From: a virus
Strand: one strand, 5' to 3'
Virus record (IMG/VR): IMGVR_UViG_3300036981_000255
Span: 34,617-98,616 of that record
Length of the DNA: 64,000 nt
A program made the translations under genes and the position numbers. A model generated the notes under the pieces. It ran no database searches. It worked only from the letters and a program-made list of their open reading frames with translations, and was not told where the DNA came from. Numbering within the stretch: the first letter of the stretch is position 1; each line of letters opens with the position of its first letter. Below, in pieces: positions 38,047 through 46,899 of the stretch.

Positions 38047-39570
38047 TTATCCAATGTGGGTAATATATTTTCGCAAATGGGCAATATTTTTTTGAATATA
38101 GGGAACTAAAATGTTTAAAAAGTCACTTTGCTCATTTGCTTTCTTTTCTTCATTTTTAATTCGAGTTACTGATTCATAATGATAACAAACAGCTTGACCA
38201 ATATAAATATTCTTTAATCCGTGAGAAATACAATTGAAATTCAACAACACATCTTCAAAGCATTCAGTTACATTTTCATTGAATGCTCCCAAAAATTCAA
38301 AAGTCTCTTTTCCAATCATTAGAAATGCGCCTGTATTCCCAAGGGTGTCATATTGTTTGTCATAAGACGCTTTATAATAACTTCTTATGCCTATATGTGA
38401 AAGTCCTATGTGGTTTTGTTTGTTGTGAAAAAGTGCAATGCCACCATGTTGAATGGTGTTGTCTGCATAATGTAAACGACAACCAATTGTTCCAACGTGT
38501 TTTTCGTGTTTGTTGTAAGTTTGAATCATTAGAGAGATGGCATCATTTATCATAACCAAATCGTCATTAGCAAATAACAAAACTTCTGTGTCTGTATCAA
38601 TATAATCGAAGACCATTGAGTTATTGATTTTGGCGAAGTGATAGTATGGAAATCTGACGATGTTGATTTTATCATTGTGGATTCCATTAACAGATTTGCA
38701 CAAATCTTTGACTTGCTCAAATTTGTCTTCGGATGAACCAGTATCAGCTATGTAAATTTTGTAATTGGTGTATTTTGTTTTGAGAAGGGATTGGACACAA
38801 GTATCTAAATAGTCAAAATTGTCTTTTGTTGGAATTATAATAGCCAATTTAGGCTCTTTTGTGAGTTTGATTGGCGAATGGTCAGCAATAACGTTAGGAA
38901 CGATTTTTAAAGGCAAATATTGACCATAAAGGTTTTCAAACAATGCTTTATTTGTGTGCCATTGTTCATTTGGCATTCCAATTGAATCATGTTTCACGAT
39001 TATATCGGTTATTGTTCCGACCTTAACACCTTGCAGGTGGTTATTTACACATATTGGGAGGTCATAAAAGTGAAAACCTACAAATCGCTCGTCAAAGTTA
39101 GATTCGATACGTTTTTTGTGTAGCGCTATAAATAAGCCATCTATGACTAAAGAAGAAAGAATTTGATTTGAAAATCTTTGGCAATATTGAGACTCATGCC
39201 ATCTGTCAGTCTTTTGATTGTTGTGGTACACTGGGTGAAATACACGTCCAAGCATCTTATTAGAATCTGCCCACCATTTTCCGCTTGCGAGGTCTGTTGT
39301 GCCAGCAAGACCTAAAATTCCATAATCAGATTTTTCAAAATAGTCAACTATTTTTTTATCCCAACCCTTTTCAAGATAAACGTCATCATGAACACAAACC
39401 AAAATGTCATATTTTGATTGTTCTATTGCTTGATTATAGGCTTTTGCCAATGAAGTTGAACCATCATTGACAAATTCGATAACTTCAATGTCTTTGAGGA
39501 CACAACTCTTTTGAAGTCGTTTGCTGATGGATTTATTTGAAAATCTTGTGGAATAGAAGATAGAAATCAT
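38047..39570 (-). CDS. double-domain GT2 glycosyltransferase (start MISIFYSTR)
   Basis: VCVHDD, IDGLF, FHFYD; IIIPTKD, ANDD, GCRLHY, TGAFL, FEDV. Confidence 0.88.
   Translation of the reverse strand: MISIFYSTRFSNKSISKRLQKSCVLKDIEVIEFVNDGSTSLAKAYNQAIEQSKYDILVCVHDDVYLEKGWDKKIVDYFEKSDYGILGLAGTTDLASGKWWADSNKMLGRVFHPVYHNNQKTDRWHESQYCQRFSNQILSSLVIDGLFIALHKKRIESNFDERFVGFHFYDLPICVNNHLQGVKVGTITDIIVKHDSIGMPNEQWHTNKALFENLYGQYLPLKIVPNVIADHSPIKLTKEPKLAIIIPTKDNFDYLDTCVQSLLKTKYTNYKIYIADTGSSEDKFEQVKDLCKSVNGIHNDKINIVRFPYYHFAKINNSMVFDYIDTDTEVLLFANDDLVMINDAISLMIQTYNKHEKHVGTIGCRLHYADNTIQHGGIALFHNKQNHIGLSHIGIRSYYKASYDKQYDTLGNTGAFLMIGKETFEFLGAFNENVTECFEDVLLNFNCISHGLKNIYIGQAVCYHYESVTRIKNEEKKANEQSDFLNILVPYIQKNIAHLRKYITHIG
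39532..39536 (+). other. TAM/target-like pentanucleotide TTTAT directly 5' of the resident near-match to the orphan guide
   Basis: TTTAT|TTGAAAATC...; IS200/IS605 elements insert 3' of AT-rich tetra/pentanucleotides. Confidence 0.6.
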
Positions 39571-39612
39571 ATAACTATATTTTTTTTCAGTTTCAATATA
39601 TTTAATAATAGG

Positions 39613-39660
39613 AATATTTGCAATCAATATCAAAAACAAGATATATCTTTTGCAAATATT
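39613..39660. repeat. 11-bp inverted repeat upstream of the orphan omega-RNA
   Basis: AATATTTGCAA (39613-39623) / TTGCAAATATT (39650-39660). Confidence 0.6.
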
Positions 39661-39672
39661 AAACAAAAAACA

Positions 39673-39852
39673 GTCTGTTTATGGAACAGAATCGGACTCT
39701 AAACAAAAACAGGGTAAGGCGTTGCTAAAGTCTTCAGAAAAAGAGCAAAGAAAAATGCTTCGATTTGTCGCAAGCAAGTCTACGACCTCTGATGCTCATC
39801 TACATCAGCAATGGTGTGGGTGAGCAGTTCACTTGAATGTCTAGTGGAATAA
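39673..39852 (+). ncRNA. orphan TnpB omega-RNA (IS200/IS605 right end ending GTTCAC at 39832) plus guide; no TnpB ORF
   Basis: 15-bp stem TGCTCATCTACATCA-GCAA-TGGTGTGGGTGAGCA (39793-39826) with 3 G.U pairs and a GNRA loop, then GTTCAC; further hairpin TGCTTCGA-TTTG-TCGCAAGCA; 5' part resembles IS605-type tnpB 3' ends. Confidence 0.75.
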
Positions 39853-39866
39853 AAGATTGAAATCAT
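39833..39866 (-). pseudogene. 34-nt alternative 5' end of the adjacent glycosyltransferase gene
   Basis: Encodes MISIFYSTRHS versus resident MISIFYSTRFS; 29/34 nt identical to 39537-39570. Confidence 0.88.
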
Positions 39867-39914
39867 CTGTTTTTTACATTAATCTAATGATGATTTGTTC
39901 TTTTTAAAATGAAA

Positions 39915-39964
39915 ATGTCGCCAAATTCAACGATAAATAAGAATATCGTTAAAAGTGGCGATAT
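39915..39964. terminator. long hairpin, probable terminator
   Basis: ATGTCGCCA..AACGATA / TATCGTT..TGGCGATAT. Confidence 0.55.
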
Positions 39965-40003
39965 GGGTTTGATAGGGTATAATTCAACTGCAATCAACAC
40001 ATA

Positions 40004-40450
40004 TTATACCTCATCGGGTTCAATTATCTGTGCGCAACCAGCAGACGATTGCATCTTCTTTTGAAATCTTCTTACAGTTTCTTGGCGTTGTTCGATAAAA
40101 TCCCAACTAGATTGGACAAGTTCGATAATTTCTTCACATTTTTTATGTTGTCTATGTGTGAACATCAATTTTAAAAGTTTTTCATCATTATTATCATATT
40201 CAATATTTAACTTGTTTTGATTAATTACTTCTAATTCAGCTAAACATAACTTACGACAATCCGTTAAAACTTGAGACACAACTTTCTGCTCATCAGATTT
40301 CAAACTTTCAATAGACTTTTTAATTTCAATTGCATCAGAGAAAATGTCTATGGATTTTTCGATTGTTCTTTCGATTCGTTTTAGAATGTTAATCACAATT
40401 GTTTGGTCAACATTTTCGAGTAATTCCTCTATGTTATTGTTTGTTTGCAT
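40004..40450 (-). CDS. hypothetical protein
   Basis: 148 aa, helical. Confidence 0.55.
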   Translation of the reverse strand: MQTNNNIEELLENVDQTIVINILKRIERTIEKSIDIFSDAIEIKKSIESLKSDEQKVVSQVLTDCRKLCLAELEVINQNKLNIEYDNNDEKLLKLMFTHRQHKKCEEIIELVQSSWDFIEQRQETVRRFQKKMQSSAGCAQIIEPDEV

Positions 40451-40643
40451 GTTCAGTTTGAATTAAATTGATGAAATGTTGTCCAAAGACTTTCACAAAC
40501 TCTTCAAATGACATTGCAGCTAATTTCTTTTGATTTTCAAGTTTAGTCACACGTCTTTCGGTTTCGGCAATTTGTCTGGTGACTAATATCATTTGCCGTT
40601 GATATTGCAAATGAAGTTGTTCTATGATTTCTGTTTCAGTCAT
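40434..40643 (-). CDS. hypothetical protein
   Basis: 69 aa, overlapping junctions. Confidence 0.5.
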   Translation of the reverse strand: MTETEIIEQLHLQYQRQMILVTRQIAETERRVTKLENQKKLAAMSFEEFVKVFGQHFINLIQTEHANKQ

Positions 40644-40932
40644 TTGTTTGTTGTTTGATTTTAAAAATTGGAATAAACTCTTTTGATTTTAATTTACTAT
40701 TGATTGTCAATGGTAGTCCATTGAATGCGCCACCAATATTGATGAATTTTCCACCTAAATCACAAAAATCATAAGCCGAAATTTCCAACATCAACAAATC
40801 TGATTCTTCAATGTTTAAAAAATCTAAAAATTGTAACAAAGTTGAAGTTTTTTCACATCTTTCGTCAATGTTTTCTAACATTTTTTGAAATTGTTCAAAT
40901 TTATTTTCAACGTGTTGATTGATGTTTGTCAT
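40636..40932 (-). CDS. hypothetical protein
   Basis: 98 aa, overlapping junctions. Confidence 0.5.
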   Translation of the reverse strand: MTNINQHVENKFEQFQKMLENIDERCEKTSTLLQFLDFLNIEESDLLMLEISAYDFCDLGGKFINIGGAFNGLPLTINSKLKSKEFIPIFKIKQQTND

Positions 40933-41525
40933 AACGGTTTAAATTCACCTAATAAAATTCGTTGATAATTAATAGCATTTGTGTCTTCGTTGACCAACGA
41001 CCAATTGTCTTTTGAATATTCTGAATAGATTGTTACTTTTTCAACGTCTTCAAGATTGTGGAAAATGCTCTGCGGTAAATCATAAGTATTGAAAATCAAT
41101 TGTTTTGAGCTATCAAATAGATGAATTACATGTTCGTACAAATAGTCTGAAAAATCATCTTTGTCAACGATTATGAGGTCATATTGTTCGTCCAATGTTT
41201 CCAAAGGAATTTCATTATAATTCAGAACATAAACACCAGAAGACTTTTTAGATTTAGTGTACAAAAAATTTCCTTCTTGTACCAATTGACATTGAAAGTA
41301 AGTGTATGCTTTCTGTATTTTAAAAAGCATGTCAATTTGCGACTTTCTACAATCGGTTAAAACCACTATTGAAAAGTCATTATTGAAAAACATCTTAAAT
41401 GCTATCCAATTTGCCATCATTGTCGAAAACCCAACACCCTTCGGGCTTCCAACAATTGTGAATTTGTTGTCGATGATGTGGTCGTAGAGGTCTAAGATGG
41501 ATATATTTACTATTTGTTCGTCCAT
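40929..41525 (-). CDS. degenerate, truncated terminase-large-subunit ATPase-like protein
   Basis: NKFTIVGSPKGVGFSTMMANWI..KMFFN....IVVL resembles the gp17 Walker A region; YDLIIVDK at Walker B (DE to DK). Confidence 0.55.
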   Translation of the reverse strand: MDEQIVNISILDLYDHIIDNKFTIVGSPKGVGFSTMMANWIAFKMFFNNDFSIVVLTDCRKSQIDMLFKIQKAYTYFQCQLVQEGNFLYTKSKKSSGVYVLNYNEIPLETLDEQYDLIIVDKDDFSDYLYEHVIHLFDSSKQLIFNTYDLPQSIFHNLEDVEKVTIYSEYSKDNWSLVNEDTNAINYQRILLGEFKPL

Positions 41526-41529
41526 TTTT

Positions 41530-41820
41530 TTATGTGTTTAATGAATTAACATAGTTTTTTGCAAATTCGTTCAATTGTTCTTGATTAAATGATGAACTTT
41601 GTTTATTGCCATTCAATGCAGTGTCTAATTGGTCACAAACTCGTTTTTCATAACCCTTTTTAAAGGCTGTTTCTAATCTATCTTGGTTTGATTCGAGATA
41701 ACCTATAACATAATCTATAATAGTTCCTACAGTCGTTGGATTTTCCATTGGAATGTCATCTGAACCTCTGCGCCATTCATTATGTTTTTTCAAAATGTCT
41801 ATTGATTCGTTGAGATTCAT
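41530..41820 (-). CDS. hypothetical protein
   Basis: ATG 41820, MNLNESIDILKKHNEWRRG. Confidence 0.55.
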   Translation of the reverse strand: MNLNESIDILKKHNEWRRGSDDIPMENPTTVGTIIDYVIGYLESNQDRLETAFKKGYEKRVCDQLDTALNGNKQSSSFNQEQLNEFAKNYVNSLNT

Positions 41821-41886
41821 ATAAATGATTTTGATATTAGGATTGAAAATAAGGCTACTACAAAGAACCAAAATTTTATTTCTTGT

Positions 41887-42099
41887 TTAGTGTGTTGTGT
41901 CATGTTTTATATAAGATAGTTTAGAGCCATTTCTTGTTTTGATTAATTTCAAATCGTAACCTTAATTTTGCAATTTTTCAAATTCTGAAATTTGTGCCAA
42001 TTGGTTTGAGTTGAATGGTTTTAATGAACCATCTGTATTTTTAATTTGAACAAATGTTTGTGCAAAATGTGTTATGTTTTTATAGTTTGGATGTGACAT
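41887..42099 (-). pseudogene. small ORF interrupted by an in-frame TAA (41962-41964)
   Basis: MSHPNYKNITHFAQTFVQIKNTDGSLKPF...LQN*GYDLKLIKTRNG...; the frame stays open after the stop. Confidence 0.35.
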
Positions 42100-42105
42100 G
42101 ATTAT

Positions 42106-42588
42106 TTATTTGATAATGTTAAATTTTGTCAACGTTTCAATTTCCGATTTTGTTATTGTTCCAAGCAATTCATAAGACTTGTATGACAAAGAATTTCTAT
42201 CGACTTCTACCACGTCTTCTGATGTTAATTCAGTTTCATTTTCAATGTTTGATAACTCTGAAATAATGTACGAATGTGTTTGAATTATTTCATTGAAGAA
42301 ATCAGAACTGCCAGTTACGTGATTTTCGGTTATTTTAAAAAGATTTTTTAAAGGCTTCGGTTCAAATAAAAATTCTGGAAATATTGTGGGGTCTAAATTT
42401 TTTAATCTTTCATCTATTTCTTTAGATTTGATTCTTTCTCTTTCTCGTAATTCCTTGTAGACAGCCCAATATACTTGTTTGTCTAATTCTCTGTCAACGA
42501 TTGTTGATAAAGCCCAATCATCAGTTTTCGTTAAATTGACAAGATTTTCAACTTTGTTCGCAAGTTCTGATATTATTTCCTTTGTCAT
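42106..42588 (-). CDS. hypothetical protein
   Basis: 160-aa ORF. Confidence 0.55.
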   Translation of the reverse strand: MTKEIISELANKVENLVNLTKTDDWALSTIVDRELDKQVYWAVYKELRERERIKSKEIDERLKNLDPTIFPEFLFEPKPLKNLFKITENHVTGSSDFFNEIIQTHSYIISELSNIENETELTSEDVVEVDRNSLSYKSYELLGTITKSEIETLTKFNIIK

Positions 42589-42594
42589 AATTTC

Positions 42595-43197
42595 TTATTT
42601 TACAATTTTATAAATTGTGTATTCGGCTGTTCCATTTTTTCCAATTTGAATTAGTATGCAATAATTTTCATCCACATCCACGACAAAATTTTCATTTGTT
42701 TGATTCAAAAAATCCAAATGGTTTTCAAATGCTACTTTAGCCTTTTCCTCGATGTCTTTAGACATCACCACAATCTCTTGTGATACAATGTCAGAATCCA
42801 AAACGTAAATTTCTAAATGTGGACTTTCAACATATTCTTTCAACGGATAAATTCTGTCATTTGCCTTGAATGCAGCCACTTTTTGACCATTTGAAAGTTC
42901 AATGTTTACATGATTGTCAATGTCACAAGCAGACCAAAATTTCAACCATTGAGGTCTGTCGATTCGTTTATGTCCAAAGGCTTTATGTTTGCCATCTGAC
43001 CAACGTAAAACATCCTTTTCGTTGTCTGAAAGGTCTTTGGCTATCATACGTTTTTGACTATCAGTCCAGCGATTGTAGTAAGATTTTATCAATTGATGTG
43101 GCAGAGTTGAAGATGCGATTGTTTGGCGATTCATTGCATAACGAATTGCCATCCAGCATGTGTCCCACTCGATTTCTGTAAGTCTGTTGGTTTTCAT
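42595..43197 (-). CDS. hypothetical protein
   Basis: 200 aa; WMAIRYAMNRQT motif. Confidence 0.6.
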   Translation of the reverse strand: MKTNRLTEIEWDTCWMAIRYAMNRQTIASSTLPHQLIKSYYNRWTDSQKRMIAKDLSDNEKDVLRWSDGKHKAFGHKRIDRPQWLKFWSACDIDNHVNIELSNGQKVAAFKANDRIYPLKEYVESPHLEIYVLDSDIVSQEIVVMSKDIEEKAKVAFENHLDFLNQTNENFVVDVDENYCILIQIGKNGTAEYTIYKIVK

Positions 43198-43214
43198 ATT
43201 TATTTTATTAAAAT

Positions 43215-43940
43215 TTACAAAAAGCCAGTTGAACCATATCCATCCTTGCGATTTGTGTCGGAAAATTCGTCAAGATGTTTTCGTTTCCAATGTGCTTTGT
43301 CAACTTTCGACAACACCAATTGTCCAATGCGTTCTTTTGGTTCAATTATTGCATCTTCATTTGATAAATTGACCACAATTGCGCCTATCTCTTTACGATA
43401 ATCATCATCAATTGTACCAAGACAATTTAAGAGTGTTAGACCTCTTTTCAACGCAAGACCACTTCGTGGGCGCAACTGAAATTCATAACCTTCTGGCAAT
43501 TCAACAAAAAGACCTGTTGGTATCAACCTCCGTTCCAACGATTTCAACGTGATTGGTTCATTGATATTAGCGTACACGTCCATTCCAGATGCACCATCGG
43601 TTTGATATCGTGGCGTTAGACTTTCATCATCTCCTGTGATGTGAAGACCAATTTCAACAGATTTTGATATTTTGCATTGACTGCCATATTCAATGGCATT
43701 GTAAGTTAGGAACGATTCTTTTGATTTTTTAATCAAATCTTCGGCTTCTTGTTTTAATTGGTCAAGTGTTTTTCCACTTTCAAGCCAATGGGCTTCTATT
43801 TGTTCATCATTTTGAATTACATTTCCATCAGCATCTGTTTTTGTTTTAACAGTTTTAGTTGTGCCATTGAATTTAAAATCTTGACTTTCAATATTTTCAG
43901 TCAAAGTCTGGTGGTTTATTTGCTCCTTGTTGTTTTGCAT
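43215..43940 (-). CDS. dut: trimeric dUTPase with ~95-aa N-terminal extension
   Basis: ASGMDV, LIPTGL, RPRSGLA, GTIDDDYR, RIGQL, R.DGYGSTG. Confidence 0.93.
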   Translation of the reverse strand: MQNNKEQINHQTLTENIESQDFKFNGTTKTVKTKTDADGNVIQNDEQIEAHWLESGKTLDQLKQEAEDLIKKSKESFLTYNAIEYGSQCKISKSVEIGLHITGDDESLTPRYQTDGASGMDVYANINEPITLKSLERRLIPTGLFVELPEGYEFQLRPRSGLALKRGLTLLNCLGTIDDDYRKEIGAIVVNLSNEDAIIEPKERIGQLVLSKVDKAHWKRKHLDEFSDTNRKDGYGSTGFL

Positions 43941-44057
43941 TTTTAATTTGTGTGTCTTTTTTAAGTTTTTTAATTATTGGTTTTAAAAGTTTATTCTTGT
44001 AGAATTTTAAAAATAATTTATCTTCATCATCTTCGGCATCAAATTCTTCGTTCAACA

Positions 44058-44252
44058 TTATATCAAATAGTCAAGGTCGTCATCCATTCTGAATAAAATT
44101 TCTTCTGCTAATTCACTTTCAGAAAAACCACTATTGTTCCAACTTTTTGAAGTTGGGTTATAATGGTTGTCTTGAATAGATGTTTTGTAAAAGTCGAGTA
44201 AATCGCCATTTGATATGGATTTTATGTCTTTTGAGTTGTTTTGATTGGTCAT
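44058..44252 (-). CDS. hypothetical protein
   Basis: 64-aa ORF. Confidence 0.5.
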   Translation of the reverse strand: MTNQNNSKDIKSISNGDLLDFYKTSIQDNHYNPTSKSWNNSGFSESELAEEILFRMDDDLDYLI

Positions 44253-44255
44253 ATT

Positions 44256-44513
44256 TTACATTGTTTGTTTAGTAAAAATTTCGTTAATGTTTAAGCCGTA
44301 ATATTCACAAATGTCAGTCATTGAAAATACAAAATAACCATTTTTCATTTGACATTCAACCCCTTCATCATCGAAAATACATTTTGACAATAATTCATAA
44401 AAAGTTTGAACTTTGTCAAAATCAAGACAAATATATACATCGGATTTGTCGTGATTCCAATGATATTCAATAAAATGTCCTTGGATAAAGTTTTGAAACT
44501 TTGCGGTTGTCAT
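44256..44513 (-). CDS. hypothetical protein
   Basis: 85-aa ORF. Confidence 0.55.
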   Translation of the reverse strand: MTTAKFQNFIQGHFIEYHWNHDKSDVYICLDFDKVQTFYELLSKCIFDDEGVECQMKNGYFVFSMTDICEYYGLNINEIFTKQTM

Positions 44514-44523
44514 TTATTTTTAG

Positions 44524-44751
44524 TTAACAAAAACCTAAATTAAGAAATTCTTCTTTGTCGCCAAATTGTTCACCAGCCCTTCCATCGTTGCCGAAATAGG
44601 CAGAATCAGTTATCGAAATATCTTCTTCGTAAAGTCCATATTGATGGTCTTTCCCAGCATTTGTAATTACTAAAGGTATGTTTGAATCATACTGTTGAAG
44701 AATAGTGATTAAATCTCCGACAGTTAGTGCTTTTTGTTCATTGTTATTCAT
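44524..44751 (-). CDS. hypothetical protein
   Basis: ATG 44751; LTVGDLITILQQYD motif common in small phage proteins. Confidence 0.55.
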   Translation of the reverse strand: MNNNEQKALTVGDLITILQQYDSNIPLVITNAGKDHQYGLYEEDISITDSAYFGNDGRAGEQFGDKEEFLNLGFC

Positions 44752-45037
44752 TTTCTTTTTGTTTACAATTTTCAATAAATGAATCCATAGTCTTTTGAAT
44801 TTCATTCAATTTCATTAGATATTCTTCTTGTTCATCTTCAGTAACAATATTTGGATTCAAAAGTTCCAATTTTGCTTCTTTTCTTTCAGTTGTTGGAATA
44901 ATAAACGTTACATATTCATCAGACGATATTGTTCTGTTGATGTGGTCGTGTATGTCTCCTAACTGATTCAATGTATTTGAACTGTTTTCAACAATTGGTA
45001 TGTAAATGACCAGTACAGGTCGGATTTTAGTTACCAT
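44744..45037 (-). CDS. hypothetical protein
   Basis: 97 aa, coupled to the GT gene. Confidence 0.55.
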   Translation of the reverse strand: MVTKIRPVLVIYIPIVENSSNTLNQLGDIHDHINRTISSDEYVTFIIPTTERKEAKLELLNPNIVTEDEQEEYLMKLNEIQKTMDSFIENCKQKENE

Positions 45038-46193
45038 TAGTCATAAGATTTCTATATATTTGTCGTCTGATTTTACACACATTATGAAGATTATATTTGT
45101 CTTTTACTGTTTCGTATAAAGCAAGACCAACATCTTCACGTAAAGATGGACTTTCAATTAGTTTTTTGGCATATTGAAACCATTCTTTGTGCTGTCTTTT
45201 CTCATTAACAACGAAGGAATTCAATAAGTTCCGACAATCTAAATTATATGGAGAAATATCACTAACAATTATCGGTTTTTTGTGAAATCCTGCTTCGATA
45301 ACCTTCAATTGACTTTTCATTCGATTGAATTGATTATTCACCAATGGCGCAAGGGATATATCTATGTGATTATAACAATGGGCATAATCATAAAAATCCT
45401 TTGTCCAAATTCTTCGGTATGGTTTGTCTTCAACACCTTCAAACTCTTCTTCTTTCGGATGGAGCAAATAATGTTTGTACTCTTCATCAACTGAATAACC
45501 ATTTGTGAAAACGTATTCACACTCCATCCATACTTTAGGGTATTTAACTTTCTCAATTTTACCAGTTTCAATGTTTTTTGTATTGTTATTGAAACCACAC
45601 ATAACCATTTGATTTTTGGTGGAAATCCCTTGAAGTTTGTTGAAAAGTCCATTGGTCATCTTCAAATCCTCTAGGTGACTCGCTCCTCCAACCCAACCTA
45701 TACGCACACGTTCACTCTCAATAGGCTTTGGTTGGAACTGTGATTCATCAGGATTTACAGCGTTTGGAATGACTTTCACATTTTTGTTGAATTTCAAAAT
45801 TTCTCTGCCAAGTTCCACTGTTGTTGTAGTTATAAGGTCGGCAATTAAAAGTCTTTGGGTAAGTTTTTTGTAATTGTCTTCCATTTTCTTATACATTCCA
45901 TGAGACATTGGTAAACGCCAGTAGTCATCTAAATCAACGATGAGTTTCATGCCATCTTTTTTCAAATCTTCAAATATTTTGAAAGCATTGTCGTTAATCA
46001 ACATTGAACCTTGTAAAAAAATCATATCGTAATTCGATACAAATGATTTATCGTGAATCGCAGGATTTGTAATAATATCAATATGAAATTCATCTCGATA
46101 GTTTTTTTGTAAAATCATGTGAGGGTCACGGAAACGAAATTTTCCTACACCAGCGTTTTCAATGTCTATGACTAATAATCTAATTTTGCTCAT
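45027..46193 (-). CDS. GT-B (GT4-like) glycosyltransferase
   Basis: GVGKFR..PH, DLDDYW, RIGWVGG.SH..DL, DISLAPL...FN.MKSQLK.IEAG. Confidence 0.88.
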   Translation of the reverse strand: MSKIRLLVIDIENAGVGKFRFRDPHMILQKNYRDEFHIDIITNPAIHDKSFVSNYDMIFLQGSMLINDNAFKIFEDLKKDGMKLIVDLDDYWRLPMSHGMYKKMEDNYKKLTQRLLIADLITTTTVELGREILKFNKNVKVIPNAVNPDESQFQPKPIESERVRIGWVGGASHLEDLKMTNGLFNKLQGISTKNQMVMCGFNNNTKNIETGKIEKVKYPKVWMECEYVFTNGYSVDEEYKHYLLHPKEEEFEGVEDKPYRRIWTKDFYDYAHCYNHIDISLAPLVNNQFNRMKSQLKVIEAGFHKKPIIVSDISPYNLDCRNLLNSFVVNEKRQHKEWFQYAKKLIESPSLREDVGLALYETVKDKYNLHNVCKIRRQIYRNLMTNGN

Positions 46194-46308
46194 TTGTACT
46201 TATAGTTAAAATTTTTTCTTGTAATATAATGTTTGTTTTTTATTTTTAAAGGCTTTGACTTATATTGGTCGAAGTAAACTTATTACTTGACAAAAATTGA
46301 AAAAAAAA

Positions 46309-46899
46309 ATGAAAATAACTGAAAGTAGATTAATTCAATGTGGTTTTGAATTTGTTTCGCAAAAGCTCAATTTTGACTTATTAGAGAAGCTTGAAAATAA
46401 GATTCCGCATAGTCGGTACTACCACTTTGTGTTGAATGGCTATTATCAAATAGAATGTGAAAAATATGAAAAAGAGTTTGATGCAGTCATCACTGAAGTG
46501 GTCAAAATCTACAAAATCAAAGGGCGTTTCGGCAAACATCAATGGATTTTATGTTATAATTCTTATGAGTTTTATGAAATTTGTACTTTAGAAGAATTGT
46601 TATCAATCTGCAACAACATTTACCACAACAAACAATTGGGCTTTGTGTATGTGATAAAATCCGACTTCGGTTATAAGATTGGGCAATCAAATAATTTGAC
46701 CAACCGAAACAGACAATTTGAAGTTAAATTACCTTTCGATTGGTCTTTTTATAAGATATACACGCTTGAAAAATTCAAGGAAATGGAAAAAATGTCTCAC
46801 GAATTGATGGCAGACAAGCGAATTAATGGTGAATGGTTCAATCTTGACGACAAAGATTTTGTTTTATTTGACTTGTTGTACAAACAACTAATCTTATAA
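46309..46899 (+). CDS. GIY-YIG (T5orf172/MUG113-type) nuclease domain protein
   Basis: GFVYVIK...YKIG.S....R, KLPF, E...H....KR..GEWF.L. Confidence 0.8.
   Translation: MKITESRLIQCGFEFVSQKLNFDLLEKLENKIPHSRYYHFVLNGYYQIECEKYEKEFDAVITEVVKIYKIKGRFGKHQWILCYNSYEFYEICTLEELLSICNNIYHNKQLGFVYVIKSDFGYKIGQSNNLTNRNRQFEVKLPFDWSFYKIYTLEKFKEMEKMSHELMADKRINGEWFNLDDKDFVLFDLLYKQLIL

Noticed and set aside
39571-39666. Upstream TTG start giving a 539-aa GT, as in the ORF track
   Set aside because: The extension is low-complexity intergenic sequence, and the duplicated 5' end begins exactly at the MISIF ATG (39570).
41887-42099. Stop-codon reassignment suggested by an in-frame TAA
   Set aside because: TAA, TAG and TGA all terminate confident genes and long genes are uninterrupted in code 11; more likely a nonsense mutation or sequencing error.
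46309-46345. MKITESRL as another copy of the capsid leader
   Set aside because: Lacks QY..LFE; fits the unrelated 'LTEE.L...GF' small phage domain better.
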